A DNA stretch of 64,000 nucleotides from Spirochaetia bacterium. GTDB lineage: Bacteria; Spirochaetota; Spirochaetia; UBA9216. Each line of letters opens with the position of its first letter. Within the stretch, counting starts at the first letter, position 1. Position numbers and translations under genes: made by a program. The notes under the pieces were generated by a model. That model was not told the origin of the DNA. It saw only the letters and a list, made by a program, of their open reading frames with translations, and searched no databases. Shown in pieces: positions 8,737 through 17,964 of the stretch. The DNA lies in NCBI GenBank assembly GCA_963675665.1, contig OY776510.1:2528001-2592000 (forward strand), read 5' to 3'.

Positions 8737-10960
8737 TGTAAGGTGTAATTATTGTGAGAAGAGATGTATTTTAACTGATAAGGATTTCGGATATTGCAGG
8801 ATGTACAAGATGGAAGAAGGAAAGGTCGTCGAACGATTCCCGTTTCGTTTTTCAAGCATAGGAGATTCTTATGTAGATGGCATCCCTTTCTATCACGTAT
8901 TACCCGGAAGCAGGACCCTTGTTGTCGGCAGTTCCGGATGCAATATTGATTGCGCGTATTGCTCCAATTCCTATGTCGCGAGGGCCGATGTTGAAAAGAC
9001 ATTGCGCCTTAAATGTTCTGCTGAAGAAATAATCCGTATGGCTAAAAACGCTGAATGCAAATCAATAACCTTTCCGATTAATGAACCTGTTGTTGCTTTG
9101 CCTACTGTTCTCGGGATTGCCGAAGAAGCTTCGAAGTCAGGGCTCCCGACAGGGATTCTTACAAACGGACTTATGACTGAATCTTCTGCGGAAGCCCTGG
9201 CGCGGTCCGTAGACTTTATCAATGTAAGTATAAAGGCCGTTAACAAGGACAGTATATCGGCCCTGCTCGGCTGGTATGATCTGGAAGTTCTTGCCCGTAA
9301 TATTTCGTTGTTTAACAGGAACGCGCATGTTGAGGTCAGTACCCCGATAGTGCAGGGGATAAATGATTCGGATATACCGGCAATAGCCGGCCTTATCTCA
9401 AGTATTGACCGAAGTATTCCCTGGCATGTATTTCGTCTGCTTCCGGAGTATCGTATGGCCGAAATGGAACGTCCCAACATCCGCAAGGTAGCCAATGCGA
9501 TTGAAAATGAAAAGGAAAATCTTGATTTTATCTATTTCAGCAATTTCCTCGGATCAGTATGGGTCGATACCCTTTGCCCCGAATGCGGGAAAAAGGTTAT
9601 AGAAAGGATTAACTACGGCGGCTGCAATGCCAAATGCGTTAAGATTGAACTGGATTCGGACAGGTGTCCTGTTTGCGGCAGGAAGATCCCTGTATTTAAC
9701 AACATGTCAATTTCGGAAGAATATGATTCAGCTTTCAATATGCAGAAATCTTCCCCGGTAATGTATGACGATACAGATAAAGATATTGCTGTTATTGATG
9801 TTGTCGACTGGCAGGCTGATGTGGAGATGAGGACCGGAAATATTGTCGATATTGAAGATATTGTTAACGGGAACGGCGCGGACAGGGCTAAAAGGATTAT
9901 ATCCGAAGTTAAATCTCATCTTAAAGAAAATCAGTATCCCGGAGATTTAAACGGTTCTGCCTGTGAATGGATAACTGACAACGCACTGGCTATAAATAGA
10001 ATATATAAGCCCGAATTCATGTTTCTTAATTATTGCGATATATTTTTTAATAAAGTTTTTTCTTCAGGCGACAGTTTTACCGAAAAAAAGATTCGTAACA
10101 AAGTTTTTAATGAAGTGAACCGGTTTATTGAAAACACCGACTTTGAACCGGTAATAGCAGGGTTGGGCAATCTTATTGATATTTCCGGAGAAATAAGTAC
10201 GACCGGAACAGACGCCCATATAGAAGCTTTTGGAATGTACTGTCAGTATGCGGGACTGTTTTCTCCGTCAAACGAGGCTCTGAAACGGATAGAACCCATA
10301 CCTGGTATACGGAAAATAGTATCAAGAGAGATGTTGCGGAATTCCGGCGATGTCGCTCCGGATTTTCTTAAAAGAAGTCCTGATTATATCCTGTGTGCAA
10401 AAGAAGGATACTATTTCAGGGGACACGGAACCGCCGCCAGACCTTTTTATAAACTTCCTTCACAGGATGCAAGTATTCCTGTTTCGGGGATTAAAAGCGG
10501 CAGAGTAAAGAATATTACTGATATAGCTTCGTATATTCTTGATTCACTGGGGAAAAAGAAGACAGCGCTGATTTTTATTGAGGGCATCGGCAGGGAAGAG
10601 TTTCCGTACGATTCAATTGATATCGGATCCTCGCAGGATTGGTTCTATTATCCGCATAATAATGAAATGTACCTGTCAATACTCACGGGAGAACCCTTTA
10701 CCGCCAGGCCTTATCCTCCGGCATATCAGGCATATAAATATGACGGTTATGATTCGCCTTTTCCATATTCGGCATACTATGAGTATATTGAACCGGGTTC
10801 AATAGGAAGAAGATTCAAGGGCCGCAGCGTGTCCGTTGGCGGGAGAAGCGTCCTGACGCATGTTTCAGCCGGAACGGACATTACAATAGAATGCTTTGCC
10901 CGGGCGCTTTACAATCATGGAACAATTGCCGTAATGAACACGGAAAAGCTTGGTAATTAA
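8729..10960 (+). CDS. Radical SAM protein (AmmeMemoRadiSam/PflA-like N-terminal part) fused to an uncharacterised domain of about 400 aa
   Basis: CNIDCAYC cluster motif, N-terminal CxxCxxxC...C, PFYHVLPGS, INEP, and a CPECG...CPVCG zinc ribbon closing the SAM part. The start overlaps the ATPase stop. Confidence 0.85.
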   Translation: MSDVRCNYCEKRCILTDKDFGYCRMYKMEEGKVVERFPFRFSSIGDSYVDGIPFYHVLPGSRTLVVGSSGCNIDCAYCSNSYVARADVEKTLRLKCSAEEIIRMAKNAECKSITFPINEPVVALPTVLGIAEEASKSGLPTGILTNGLMTESSAEALARSVDFINVSIKAVNKDSISALLGWYDLEVLARNISLFNRNAHVEVSTPIVQGINDSDIPAIAGLISSIDRSIPWHVFRLLPEYRMAEMERPNIRKVANAIENEKENLDFIYFSNFLGSVWVDTLCPECGKKVIERINYGGCNAKCVKIELDSDRCPVCGRKIPVFNNMSISEEYDSAFNMQKSSPVMYDDTDKDIAVIDVVDWQADVEMRTGNIVDIEDIVNGNGADRAKRIISEVKSHLKENQYPGDLNGSACEWITDNALAINRIYKPEFMFLNYCDIFFNKVFSSGDSFTEKKIRNKVFNEVNRFIENTDFEPVIAGLGNLIDISGEISTTGTDAHIEAFGMYCQYAGLFSPSNEALKRIEPIPGIRKIVSREMLRNSGDVAPDFLKRSPDYILCAKEGYYFRGHGTAARPFYKLPSQDASIPVSGIKSGRVKNITDIASYILDSLGKKKTALIFIEGIGREEFPYDSIDIGSSQDWFYYPHNNEMYLSILTGEPFTARPYPPAYQAYKYDGYDSPFPYSAYYEYIEPGSIGRRFKGRSVSVGGRSVLTHVSAGTDITIECFARALYNHGTIAVMNTEKLGN

Positions 10961-10989
10961 ATCAGGACAGGATATTCAATTTGCCATGT

Positions 10990-12096
10990 TTACCAGAGCG
11001 GGGTAAGCCTGCGGGCAAAGACATTGCGGGCCGGTTTCATATCAAGATCGCTGAAAAACAGGCCCGAATCCTTATGGTATGACGCGTCCGACTCGACCAG
11101 CTTGAAGTAATAGGCTTCTGTAACAGGAAGAGCTTCTATGGCGTCTATATAATATTCCATCCGGTCGGCCTGGTAGTCCGGAGAAGTAAGCTCAAATTCC
11201 GAATTCGGGCCCCCGAATTCCGAAACCAGCACAGATTTTTCATCCGGCAGAACGGAAAGATATTCAGGCCAGTTTTCAGGATCATCATACAAATGGATGT
11301 CTATAATATCATATCCGGCGTTCTGAAAAACATACTCTACATTCTGCTTTATCCCGTTGCTGTCGTAATCTTCTTTAATCTTATCGATTCGACTGTTGAG
11401 ATATTCTACAGTAATGCCGTTATCGAGGGTGATACCGGAAAAATCAGGGTAGGCGCCCTTTGCGGCAAAGTATTCAACAATCGGATAGGTTCTGGTAAGT
11501 CCTCCAAGAACAACTTCAGTATTCGGTGATAATGTCTGAACGGCATTATAAAGTATATTATTATAGGCTACGAATCTTTCTATGGAACTCTGATCCATGT
11601 AAACCGTTCCGTCCTGTGTGCCTGATTCCCACTCGTTTCCAAACTGGATTTTATTGATATTGTTGTACCGGGATAATAATGCTTCGATAAAGGTTTGAAG
11701 CGCCTCTTCGTTCAGAAGACAGGCGCCGTCGCTTCCGGGCGTGAGGGTTGCCCAGTCCGGACCGATGCTTGATATGGTCAGAAAAACCGATATATTGTTT
11801 TCTTCGGCCGCATTCATGCGGACATCCATGGGGTCCCAGTAAAAGTTTCCCTGCTCAGGTTCCCTGTTTCTCCAGTCTACGGCTATTCGTATTCTGTCGA
11901 TTGCCAGTTTCTTTATCTCATCAACGGTAAAGTTAATCTGTTCAAGGCTGGAAAAAGGCGGGAACGACATTCCCGCTATTATACCTGTTGCTCCGTAAAC
12001 GGAATAATTGCCTTCCAGTATTAATTCCGATTCACAGCAGGAATAAAGATGTAAAGTAATTATAAGTAAAAATATTACCCGAAACAGCCTGTTCAT
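10990..12096 (-). CDS. Clan GH-A glycoside hydrolase, probable lipoprotein
   Basis: Lipobox-like LYSC, W...EPEQG.F.W, acid/base QFGNEW, DIHLY, nucleophile VSEFG. Confidence 0.7.
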   Translation of the reverse strand: MNRLFRVIFLLIITLHLYSCCESELILEGNYSVYGATGIIAGMSFPPFSSLEQINFTVDEIKKLAIDRIRIAVDWRNREPEQGNFYWDPMDVRMNAAEENNISVFLTISSIGPDWATLTPGSDGACLLNEEALQTFIEALLSRYNNINKIQFGNEWESGTQDGTVYMDQSSIERFVAYNNILYNAVQTLSPNTEVVLGGLTRTYPIVEYFAAKGAYPDFSGITLDNGITVEYLNSRIDKIKEDYDSNGIKQNVEYVFQNAGYDIIDIHLYDDPENWPEYLSVLPDEKSVLVSEFGGPNSEFELTSPDYQADRMEYYIDAIEALPVTEAYYFKLVESDASYHKDSGLFFSDLDMKPARNVFARRLTPLW

Positions 12097-12290
12097 AATA
12101 TATAAAAGTACTATGTTGCTGATCAGATTTCAATCCTGGTCGGGAAATCTTTGTTTGTTGCTTTTCAGTAAGTATTCAATCTTAATCATCCGGCTGTTGA
12201 CTTTTTCAGTCAATTCAAAATTAATGGTTAAAAGCATAACACAGTACCTAATTGCTTCATTTCGTAAGTTTTAAAGGACTGGGGAGACAG

Positions 12291-13769
12291 ATGGCGAAAA
12301 CATTAATGATTCAGGGCACTTCCTCAAATGTCGGAAAGAGTTTTCTGACCGCGGCGCTCTGCCGGATTTTTTATCGGAAAGGTATAAATGTTGTCCCTTT
12401 TAAAGCGCAGAATATGGCGCTGAACTCGTTTGTTACCCCGGAAGGCGATGAAATAGGCCGCGCCCAGGCAGTACAGGCCCAGGCTGCGGGTCTTGCTCCT
12501 CATGTGGATATGAACCCTGTGCTTCTGAAGCCTGAAGCAGATGCAAAAAGCCAGGTTGTGCTTATGGGAAAGCCGTGGAAAAGCCTTCCTGCCGGAGAAT
12601 ACTATAAAGAGCGGTTTGAATTATGGAAGGCTGTTACACAATCGCTTGAGCGGCTTGATAAAAAGTACGACCTGATAATTATTGAAGGAGCGGGAAGCCC
12701 TGCGGAAATAAATCTTAAAAGATTCGAAATTGTGAATATGCGGGTTGCCCGGCATTTGCAGTCTCCGGTCCTTCTTGCCGGAGATATTGATCGCGGCGGT
12801 ATTTTTGCCCAGCTGTACGGTACCCTGGAGCTTCTTGAACCTGAAGAACGGGAACTTATAAAAGGTTTTATAATTAACAAATTCCGGGGTGATGTTAAAT
12901 TGCTTGAACCGGGAATTGATATGCTGACGGAATTGACAGGCGGTGTCCCGACTTTGGGAGTAGTTCCATATATCCGCGATATTTTTCTCGCCCAGGAAGA
13001 TTCGGTTTCCCTCGATGAACAGACGGAATATGAATCGGAAAACATCGCTGCGAATGAGGCTCTGGACATTGTCGTAGTGCGTTTGCCTCACATCTCAAAT
13101 TATGATGATTTTGATCCGCTGCAGCATGAAGACGGAGTAAATATCAGGTTTGTCGATTCTGTAAAAAAAATCGGCCGGCCCGATGCGATAATTATTCCGG
13201 GCAGTAAAACTACGATTGCAGATCTGAACTGGCTTAAAAACAACGGTCTGGCTGATATCATTACAGGATTTTCTAAAGCGGGAATCCCTGTCTGCGGAAT
13301 ATGCGGCGGCTACCAGATGCTTGGAAAATCCATAAACGATTTAAAAGGCATTGAGGGGAGGCCGGGCAGGTTTGACGGAATAGGGTTGCTGCCTGTTGAA
13401 ACGGTATTTGATCACGGCAAAGAAACAGTTGCGGGTACAGCAGAAGTCTGCTCAGACGGAAGTGAAGTCCGCGGGTATGAAATTCATATGGGCAGGACAA
13501 GCCTTTACCCTGATGCTGTGCCTCTGCTGAATAAAAAGGACGGCAGTTTTGACGGCTGTGTATTGGGAAGTGTGTGGGGAACATATTTTCACGGTATTTT
13601 TGATAATGACGAATTCAGAAGAACTTGGCTTGGAAAGATCGGATGGAATGGGTCAAACAATGTCGCTTCTTTCTTCAGCAGGCGCGAAGAAGAGCTGGAA
13701 TGTCTTGCAGACCAGTTTGAACAGGCCCTCGATATGGAGGCAATAGCCGGAATTATCGACGGGAAATAG
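12291..13769 (+). CDS. cobQ: Cobyric acid synthase
   Basis: MIQGTSSNVGKS, PFKAQNMALNS, IGRAQ, EGAGSPAEINL, DIDRGG, INKFRGD, GICGGYQMLG, GYEIHMG, GTYFHG. GGGGAG RBS. Confidence 0.96.
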   Translation: MAKTLMIQGTSSNVGKSFLTAALCRIFYRKGINVVPFKAQNMALNSFVTPEGDEIGRAQAVQAQAAGLAPHVDMNPVLLKPEADAKSQVVLMGKPWKSLPAGEYYKERFELWKAVTQSLERLDKKYDLIIIEGAGSPAEINLKRFEIVNMRVARHLQSPVLLAGDIDRGGIFAQLYGTLELLEPEERELIKGFIINKFRGDVKLLEPGIDMLTELTGGVPTLGVVPYIRDIFLAQEDSVSLDEQTEYESENIAANEALDIVVVRLPHISNYDDFDPLQHEDGVNIRFVDSVKKIGRPDAIIIPGSKTTIADLNWLKNNGLADIITGFSKAGIPVCGICGGYQMLGKSINDLKGIEGRPGRFDGIGLLPVETVFDHGKETVAGTAEVCSDGSEVRGYEIHMGRTSLYPDAVPLLNKKDGSFDGCVLGSVWGTYFHGIFDNDEFRRTWLGKIGWNGSNNVASFFSRREEELECLADQFEQALDMEAIAGIIDGK

Positions 13770-13772
13770 TCT

Positions 13773-14537
13773 CTACGCGATAATAACCTTTATCCCGGCA
13801 GCTTCAAAATCCGCTTTCTGCCGGTCAGTTATGCCGCCGTCTGTGATCAGGCAATCTATCCTGTCCATCGCACGAAGGGCTGCAAACGCAGGCCGGTTTA
13901 TCTTTGTTGAATCGACAAGCAGAAACACCTCGTCGGCCGAATCAATCATGGCCTGCTTAACCGGCAGGTCGCTGAAGCCGGGATAAGTCAGCCCGGTATC
14001 AAGTGATACCCCCGCCGCCGCGAGAAACAGCTGGTGAACATGCATATTCTGAAAAAAGACGGCCGCTTTATCGCCGGTCAGCGAAAGCGTCGGCGCCTTA
14101 AACTCGCCCCCCGTCATATGTACTTCCATCCCGGGGTTTGCCCCGAGAATCAACGCGATGTTGAGGCTGTTGGTAATAACCCTGAGTTGTTTGACTCCGG
14201 CAAGGCTGCGGGCCAGTTCGGTTACGGTGGTCCCTGAATCGAGTATGATGGAAGTATTCTCCTTTACAAAGCCGGCGGCCCTTTCGCCTATCTGTTTTTT
14301 GAGATCCATGTTTTCGGTATGTTCCAGGGACAGAGATTTAACCCTGTCGGATATGTTTTTAAGAAATGCGCCCCCGTGGTCTCTTGCAATCTCGCCGGCG
14401 GATTCAATTTTTACAAGATCCTGCCGTATCGTGGGTTCGGAAACATTAAAAAGATTGCTCAGATAGGTTACCCTTGCGCTTCCGTTTTCTCTTATAAGCT
14501 CAATAATCTTTTCGCGGCGCTGTTCAGCCAGCATCAA
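13773..14537 (-). CDS. DeoR/GlpR-family transcriptional regulator
   Basis: HTH VSEPTIRQDL, RDHGGA, ILDSGTT, ITNSL and DSTK. Confidence 0.93.
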   Translation of the reverse strand: MMLAEQRREKIIELIRENGSARVTYLSNLFNVSEPTIRQDLVKIESAGEIARDHGGAFLKNISDRVKSLSLEHTENMDLKKQIGERAAGFVKENTSIILDSGTTVTELARSLAGVKQLRVITNSLNIALILGANPGMEVHMTGGEFKAPTLSLTGDKAAVFFQNMHVHQLFLAAAGVSLDTGLTYPGFSDLPVKQAMIDSADEVFLLVDSTKINRPAFAALRAMDRIDCLITDGGITDRQKADFEAAGIKVIIA

Positions 14538-16003
14538 TCAAGTCCTTTAAGAATTTCAACCCATTGCCGGTATTTATCAACCAGGTTCGGACTGAAATTA
14601 TTTTTGGAGATTTCGTCGTCATTATATTTCAGTTTGTTCAGATTTGCAATCGAATCAAATATTTCTGATTTCAGTCCGGCCAGCAGGGCTGCTCCAAGCG
14701 CCGAGGCTTCGCGAAGGCGGCATTTGATTATCCGCGCGTTATTGAGTCCGGAAATGCTGTTCATCACAAAGCTGCTGTCGGATACGCCGCCGTCAACCTG
14801 TAATGATTTCAGAGGTTCATTCATGTCTTTCTCCATGGCGCGGAGTACATCCGTAACCTGAAATACTATTGATTCAAATGCCGCTTTTATAATATGGCTT
14901 TTTCCTGATTCAAAGGTAAGTCCGCGTATTGCAGCCTGTTCGGACATTTTCCACCATGGCGCTCCCAGTCCGCTGAATGCCGGAATCAGAACTACGCTTC
15001 CCGAACTTTCGGTGTTCTCCGCTATTATTGCTGCTTCAGCCGAATCGGCAAAAAGCCCCAGCTGATCGCGCAGCCATGTTATGGTAGAGCCGCAGCTGAC
15101 TATGATGCCTTCAAGCGCGTAAGAAACCTGATTTTCGGTACTCCAGCATATTGTTGAAACCATTGAAGTTTCAGCCGGCTCGACAAGTTCTCCGGTGTTC
15201 AGCAGAATGGATGATCCTGTTCCCATTGTCGCTTTGGCTGAGCCTTTTTCGAAGCATCGCTCGCCGAAAGCCGCGGCATGTGAGTCTCCTATCATTGCAT
15301 TTACCTGCAGGGGGCGGGGCAGCAGGCCGTTGAAATCGGTTGAGCCGAAATTCGCGCCGGACGGCAGCGCTTCGGGCATGTTCAGTTTTTCAAGCCCGAA
15401 CAGCTTCATCAGGTCTTTATCCCAGCAAAGCGATTTCAGGTTGAACAGCATTGTGCGGGATGCATTTGTATAATCGGTTTTATACGAAGCGCCCCCGGTC
15501 AGTCTGTACAGAAGCCAGCTGTCTATGGTTCCGAAAAAAGCCTTGCCGCTGTTTATTTTTTCGCGGATTTCGGGGTTTTCTTCGGCAAGTCTCACAATCT
15601 TTGTTCCCGAGAAGTACGGATCGATAAACAGACCCGTTTTTTCGCGGATGAATGATTCATGTCCTTCATCTATCAGGCGGCGGCATACGGGTATCGAACG
15701 TTTGCACTGCCATACTATCGCCGGGGCAAGAGGGGCGCCGTTTTTATCCCACAGCAGGAAGGTTTCACGCTGATTTGAGATTCCGCAACAGACAAGGTCA
15801 GCTGCGGCAGGAGTTTCCGCAATATTACCGACTGCTGCAAGAACGCTGGAATATATTTCTTCGGGATCCTGCTCAACATAACCTTCGACAGGATAATAAC
15901 TTTTCAGCGGGGCTCTTCCTTCAGCCCGGATTTCGCCTGATTCATTAAACAGAATTGCCTTGGAGCCGCTTGTGCCCTGATCGATTGCAAGAATAGTGAC
16001 CAT
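14534..16003 (-). CDS. FGGY-family carbohydrate kinase (glycerol kinase-like; possibly apulose kinase)
   Basis: AIDQGTS, ISNQRET, DPYFSGTK, TDYTNASRT, GDSHAA, YALEG, PAFSGLGAPWW and VDGG. Confidence 0.88.
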   Translation of the reverse strand: MVTILAIDQGTSGSKAILFNESGEIRAEGRAPLKSYYPVEGYVEQDPEEIYSSVLAAVGNIAETPAAADLVCCGISNQRETFLLWDKNGAPLAPAIVWQCKRSIPVCRRLIDEGHESFIREKTGLFIDPYFSGTKIVRLAEENPEIREKINSGKAFFGTIDSWLLYRLTGGASYKTDYTNASRTMLFNLKSLCWDKDLMKLFGLEKLNMPEALPSGANFGSTDFNGLLPRPLQVNAMIGDSHAAAFGERCFEKGSAKATMGTGSSILLNTGELVEPAETSMVSTICWSTENQVSYALEGIIVSCGSTITWLRDQLGLFADSAEAAIIAENTESSGSVVLIPAFSGLGAPWWKMSEQAAIRGLTFESGKSHIIKAAFESIVFQVTDVLRAMEKDMNEPLKSLQVDGGVSDSSFVMNSISGLNNARIIKCRLREASALGAALLAGLKSEIFDSIANLNKLKYNDDEISKNNFSPNLVDKYRQWVEILKGLD

Positions 16004-16018
16004 TTCAAACCCTTTACA

Positions 16019-16957
16019 TTATTTCATCTTTGATAAAATTTCTTTTACCGAGCTGATTATACCATCAGAGTCAAGACCGTACATCTTTTTCAGAACCTCC
16101 CGTGGGGCTGCTTCGGCAAAATATCCTGCCGGCACGCCCCCGCGTTTAAGGCTGCAGTCAAGACGGTTGTCCAGGATTATTTCGGAAGTTAAAGCGCCGA
16201 TTCCTCCGTGAGTGCTGTGTTCTTCAAGCGTTAATGCTGCTCCTGTTTTTTGAAGCGACTTGATTATCCCCTCAGGGTTTAGCGGCCTGATTGACGGCAG
16301 ACTGATAATTTCTGCGCATACGCCTTCTTCTTCAAGGGCAACAGCCGCCCTTATTGCTTCATGTACGATTGTTCCCAGAGTAATCAGGCTGATGTCCCGG
16401 CCTTCACGTATTACGACAGCTTCTCCCGGTGTAAACCTGTAAGAAGCCTTGTGGATATTATCAGCCTTGAAACTGTCAAGCCTTATATAAACCGGCCCTT
16501 CATATGATGCAGCGTAGCGGGTTATCTGGCGGGTCTCTTCCGGATCGCACGGCGCAAAAATCTGAATGTTTCCAAATGCCAGTGCGGTTGATATATCGTC
16601 TATGCAATGATGGGTCGGCCCGAGTGAGCCGTATGCAAAGCCCGGGTTCAGACCGGCAAGTTTGACATTGGTATTTGAATAGCATACATCGGTTTTTACC
16701 TGCTCGTTTGATCGTCCCAGCAGAAATGGCGCTGCGTTAGCTGTAAACGGAATTGTTCCCCCGAGAGACATTCCGGCGGCAATGCCGATCATGTTCTGCT
16801 CGGCAATGCCCGTGTTTATGACAGAATCCGGATACTTTTCCATAAAGGGTTTAATTCTGCATGTTGATGTTGAATCGCTTACCAGGACATAAAGCCTGTC
16901 GTCATTTTCCTTTATCCTGCTTAACTCTTCTACAAAACAGTCTCTTAATTCTTCCAT
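16019..16957 (-). CDS. Transketolase C-terminal (pyrimidine-binding) subunit
   Basis: GIAEQNM, GPTHH, GPVYIRL and EEHSTHGG. Confidence 0.92.
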   Translation of the reverse strand: MEELRDCFVEELSRIKENDDRLYVLVSDSTSTCRIKPFMEKYPDSVINTGIAEQNMIGIAAGMSLGGTIPFTANAAPFLLGRSNEQVKTDVCYSNTNVKLAGLNPGFAYGSLGPTHHCIDDISTALAFGNIQIFAPCDPEETRQITRYAASYEGPVYIRLDSFKADNIHKASYRFTPGEAVVIREGRDISLITLGTIVHEAIRAAVALEEEGVCAEIISLPSIRPLNPEGIIKSLQKTGAALTLEEHSTHGGIGALTSEIILDNRLDCSLKRGGVPAGYFAEAAPREVLKKMYGLDSDGIISSVKEILSKMK

Positions 16958-16959
16958 TT

Positions 16960-17787
16960 CTACTCAAGCTCCCTGATTGCGCTTGTAATTTCGTCTCCGA
17001 CTGGTATTTTGTGGTGCCAGGCTGCCTGGTCTTCAATAAAAGAAACGCCTTTCCCTTTTATTGTTTTTGCAATGATTACCGAGGGTCTTCCAACGGTTTT
17101 CATGGCTCCGGCAGCCGCTTTCAGAAATAATTCCGGGCTGTTACCGTTCGTTTCGATTACGTGAAAGCCGAAACTTCGGAATTTATCCGGCAGTGGTTCC
17201 AGCGCCATGATCGTTTCAGTCCGGTCGGCGAGCTGAAGGGTATTCCTGTCTATTATAACGGTAAGATTATCCAGCCTGAAATGTGCGGCGCTCATGGCGG
17301 CCTCCCAGTTTGAGCCTTCTTCCAGTTCCCCGTCGCCCAGAAGGACCCATGTCCGGTATGAAGCGTCTGTTTTTTTTGCGGCAAGAGCCATGCCGACTGC
17401 AGCCGGGAAACCGTGTCCCAGAGCGCCGGTGTTGAATTCTATGCCGGGCGTTTTCTGTCTTACCGGGTGGCCGGGCAGTTTTGCGCTACTGCCCAGATAT
17501 TCGCTTAACAATGACTTTTGAATAAAACCGGCTTCCGCAAGGGTGCAATAGTATCCGCCGACACCGTGGCCCTTGCTGAGGATAAACCTGTCCCTGCCGG
17601 GATCCTGCGGATTATTAATGTTGTAACGAAGAAGGTTGAAGTAGAGGCTTGCAAGGATATCGGTCTCGGATAAATCTGCGCCGGTATGCCCGGCGCCTGC
17701 ATTGGAATTCATCTCGATGATATTCCTTCTGATTTTTTTGGCTTTTTCTCCTGTTTCTTCAGCCGAAAGAGCAAAAGGATTTTTCAT
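16960..17787 (-). CDS. Transketolase N-terminal (TPP-binding) subunit
   Basis: RDRFILSKGH, LPGHP, TGALGHG, GDGELEEGSNWEA, TIKGKG and WHH. Start MKNPF follows an AAGGCGGG RBS. Confidence 0.92.
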   Translation of the reverse strand: MKNPFALSAEETGEKAKKIRRNIIEMNSNAGAGHTGADLSETDILASLYFNLLRYNINNPQDPGRDRFILSKGHGVGGYYCTLAEAGFIQKSLLSEYLGSSAKLPGHPVRQKTPGIEFNTGALGHGFPAAVGMALAAKKTDASYRTWVLLGDGELEEGSNWEAAMSAAHFRLDNLTVIIDRNTLQLADRTETIMALEPLPDKFRSFGFHVIETNGNSPELFLKAAAGAMKTVGRPSVIIAKTIKGKGVSFIEDQAAWHHKIPVGDEITSAIRELE

Positions 17788-17817
17788 GTTTACCCGCCTT
17801 TCTGATTGTATGATTTG

Positions 17818-17964
17818 ATAATAACATCCAAACTTGCGTTTGTCAATCCAAAACGAAAATAAAACAAATAAATAGAAAGTTAAAAAAGATAAAAAACGCA
17901 ATAATAGAGCATAAACATAAATAAAAACATTGACAAACGAAATAGTCCGTGATAAAACGTAAGC
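17818..17964. promoter_or_regulatory. Divergent sigma70 promoters with phased AAACR repeats (putative DeoR operator array)
   Basis: Minus strand: TTGACA (17846-17841), 17 nt, TATTAT. Plus strand: TTGACA (17930-17935), 17 nt, TAAAAC. AAACGAAA-like units recur at roughly 10-11 bp multiples. Confidence 0.65.

Noticed and set aside
12097-12290. Possible cobalamin riboswitch upstream of cobQ
   Set aside because: No B12-box or conserved GGGAA...GCCACTG core could be found.
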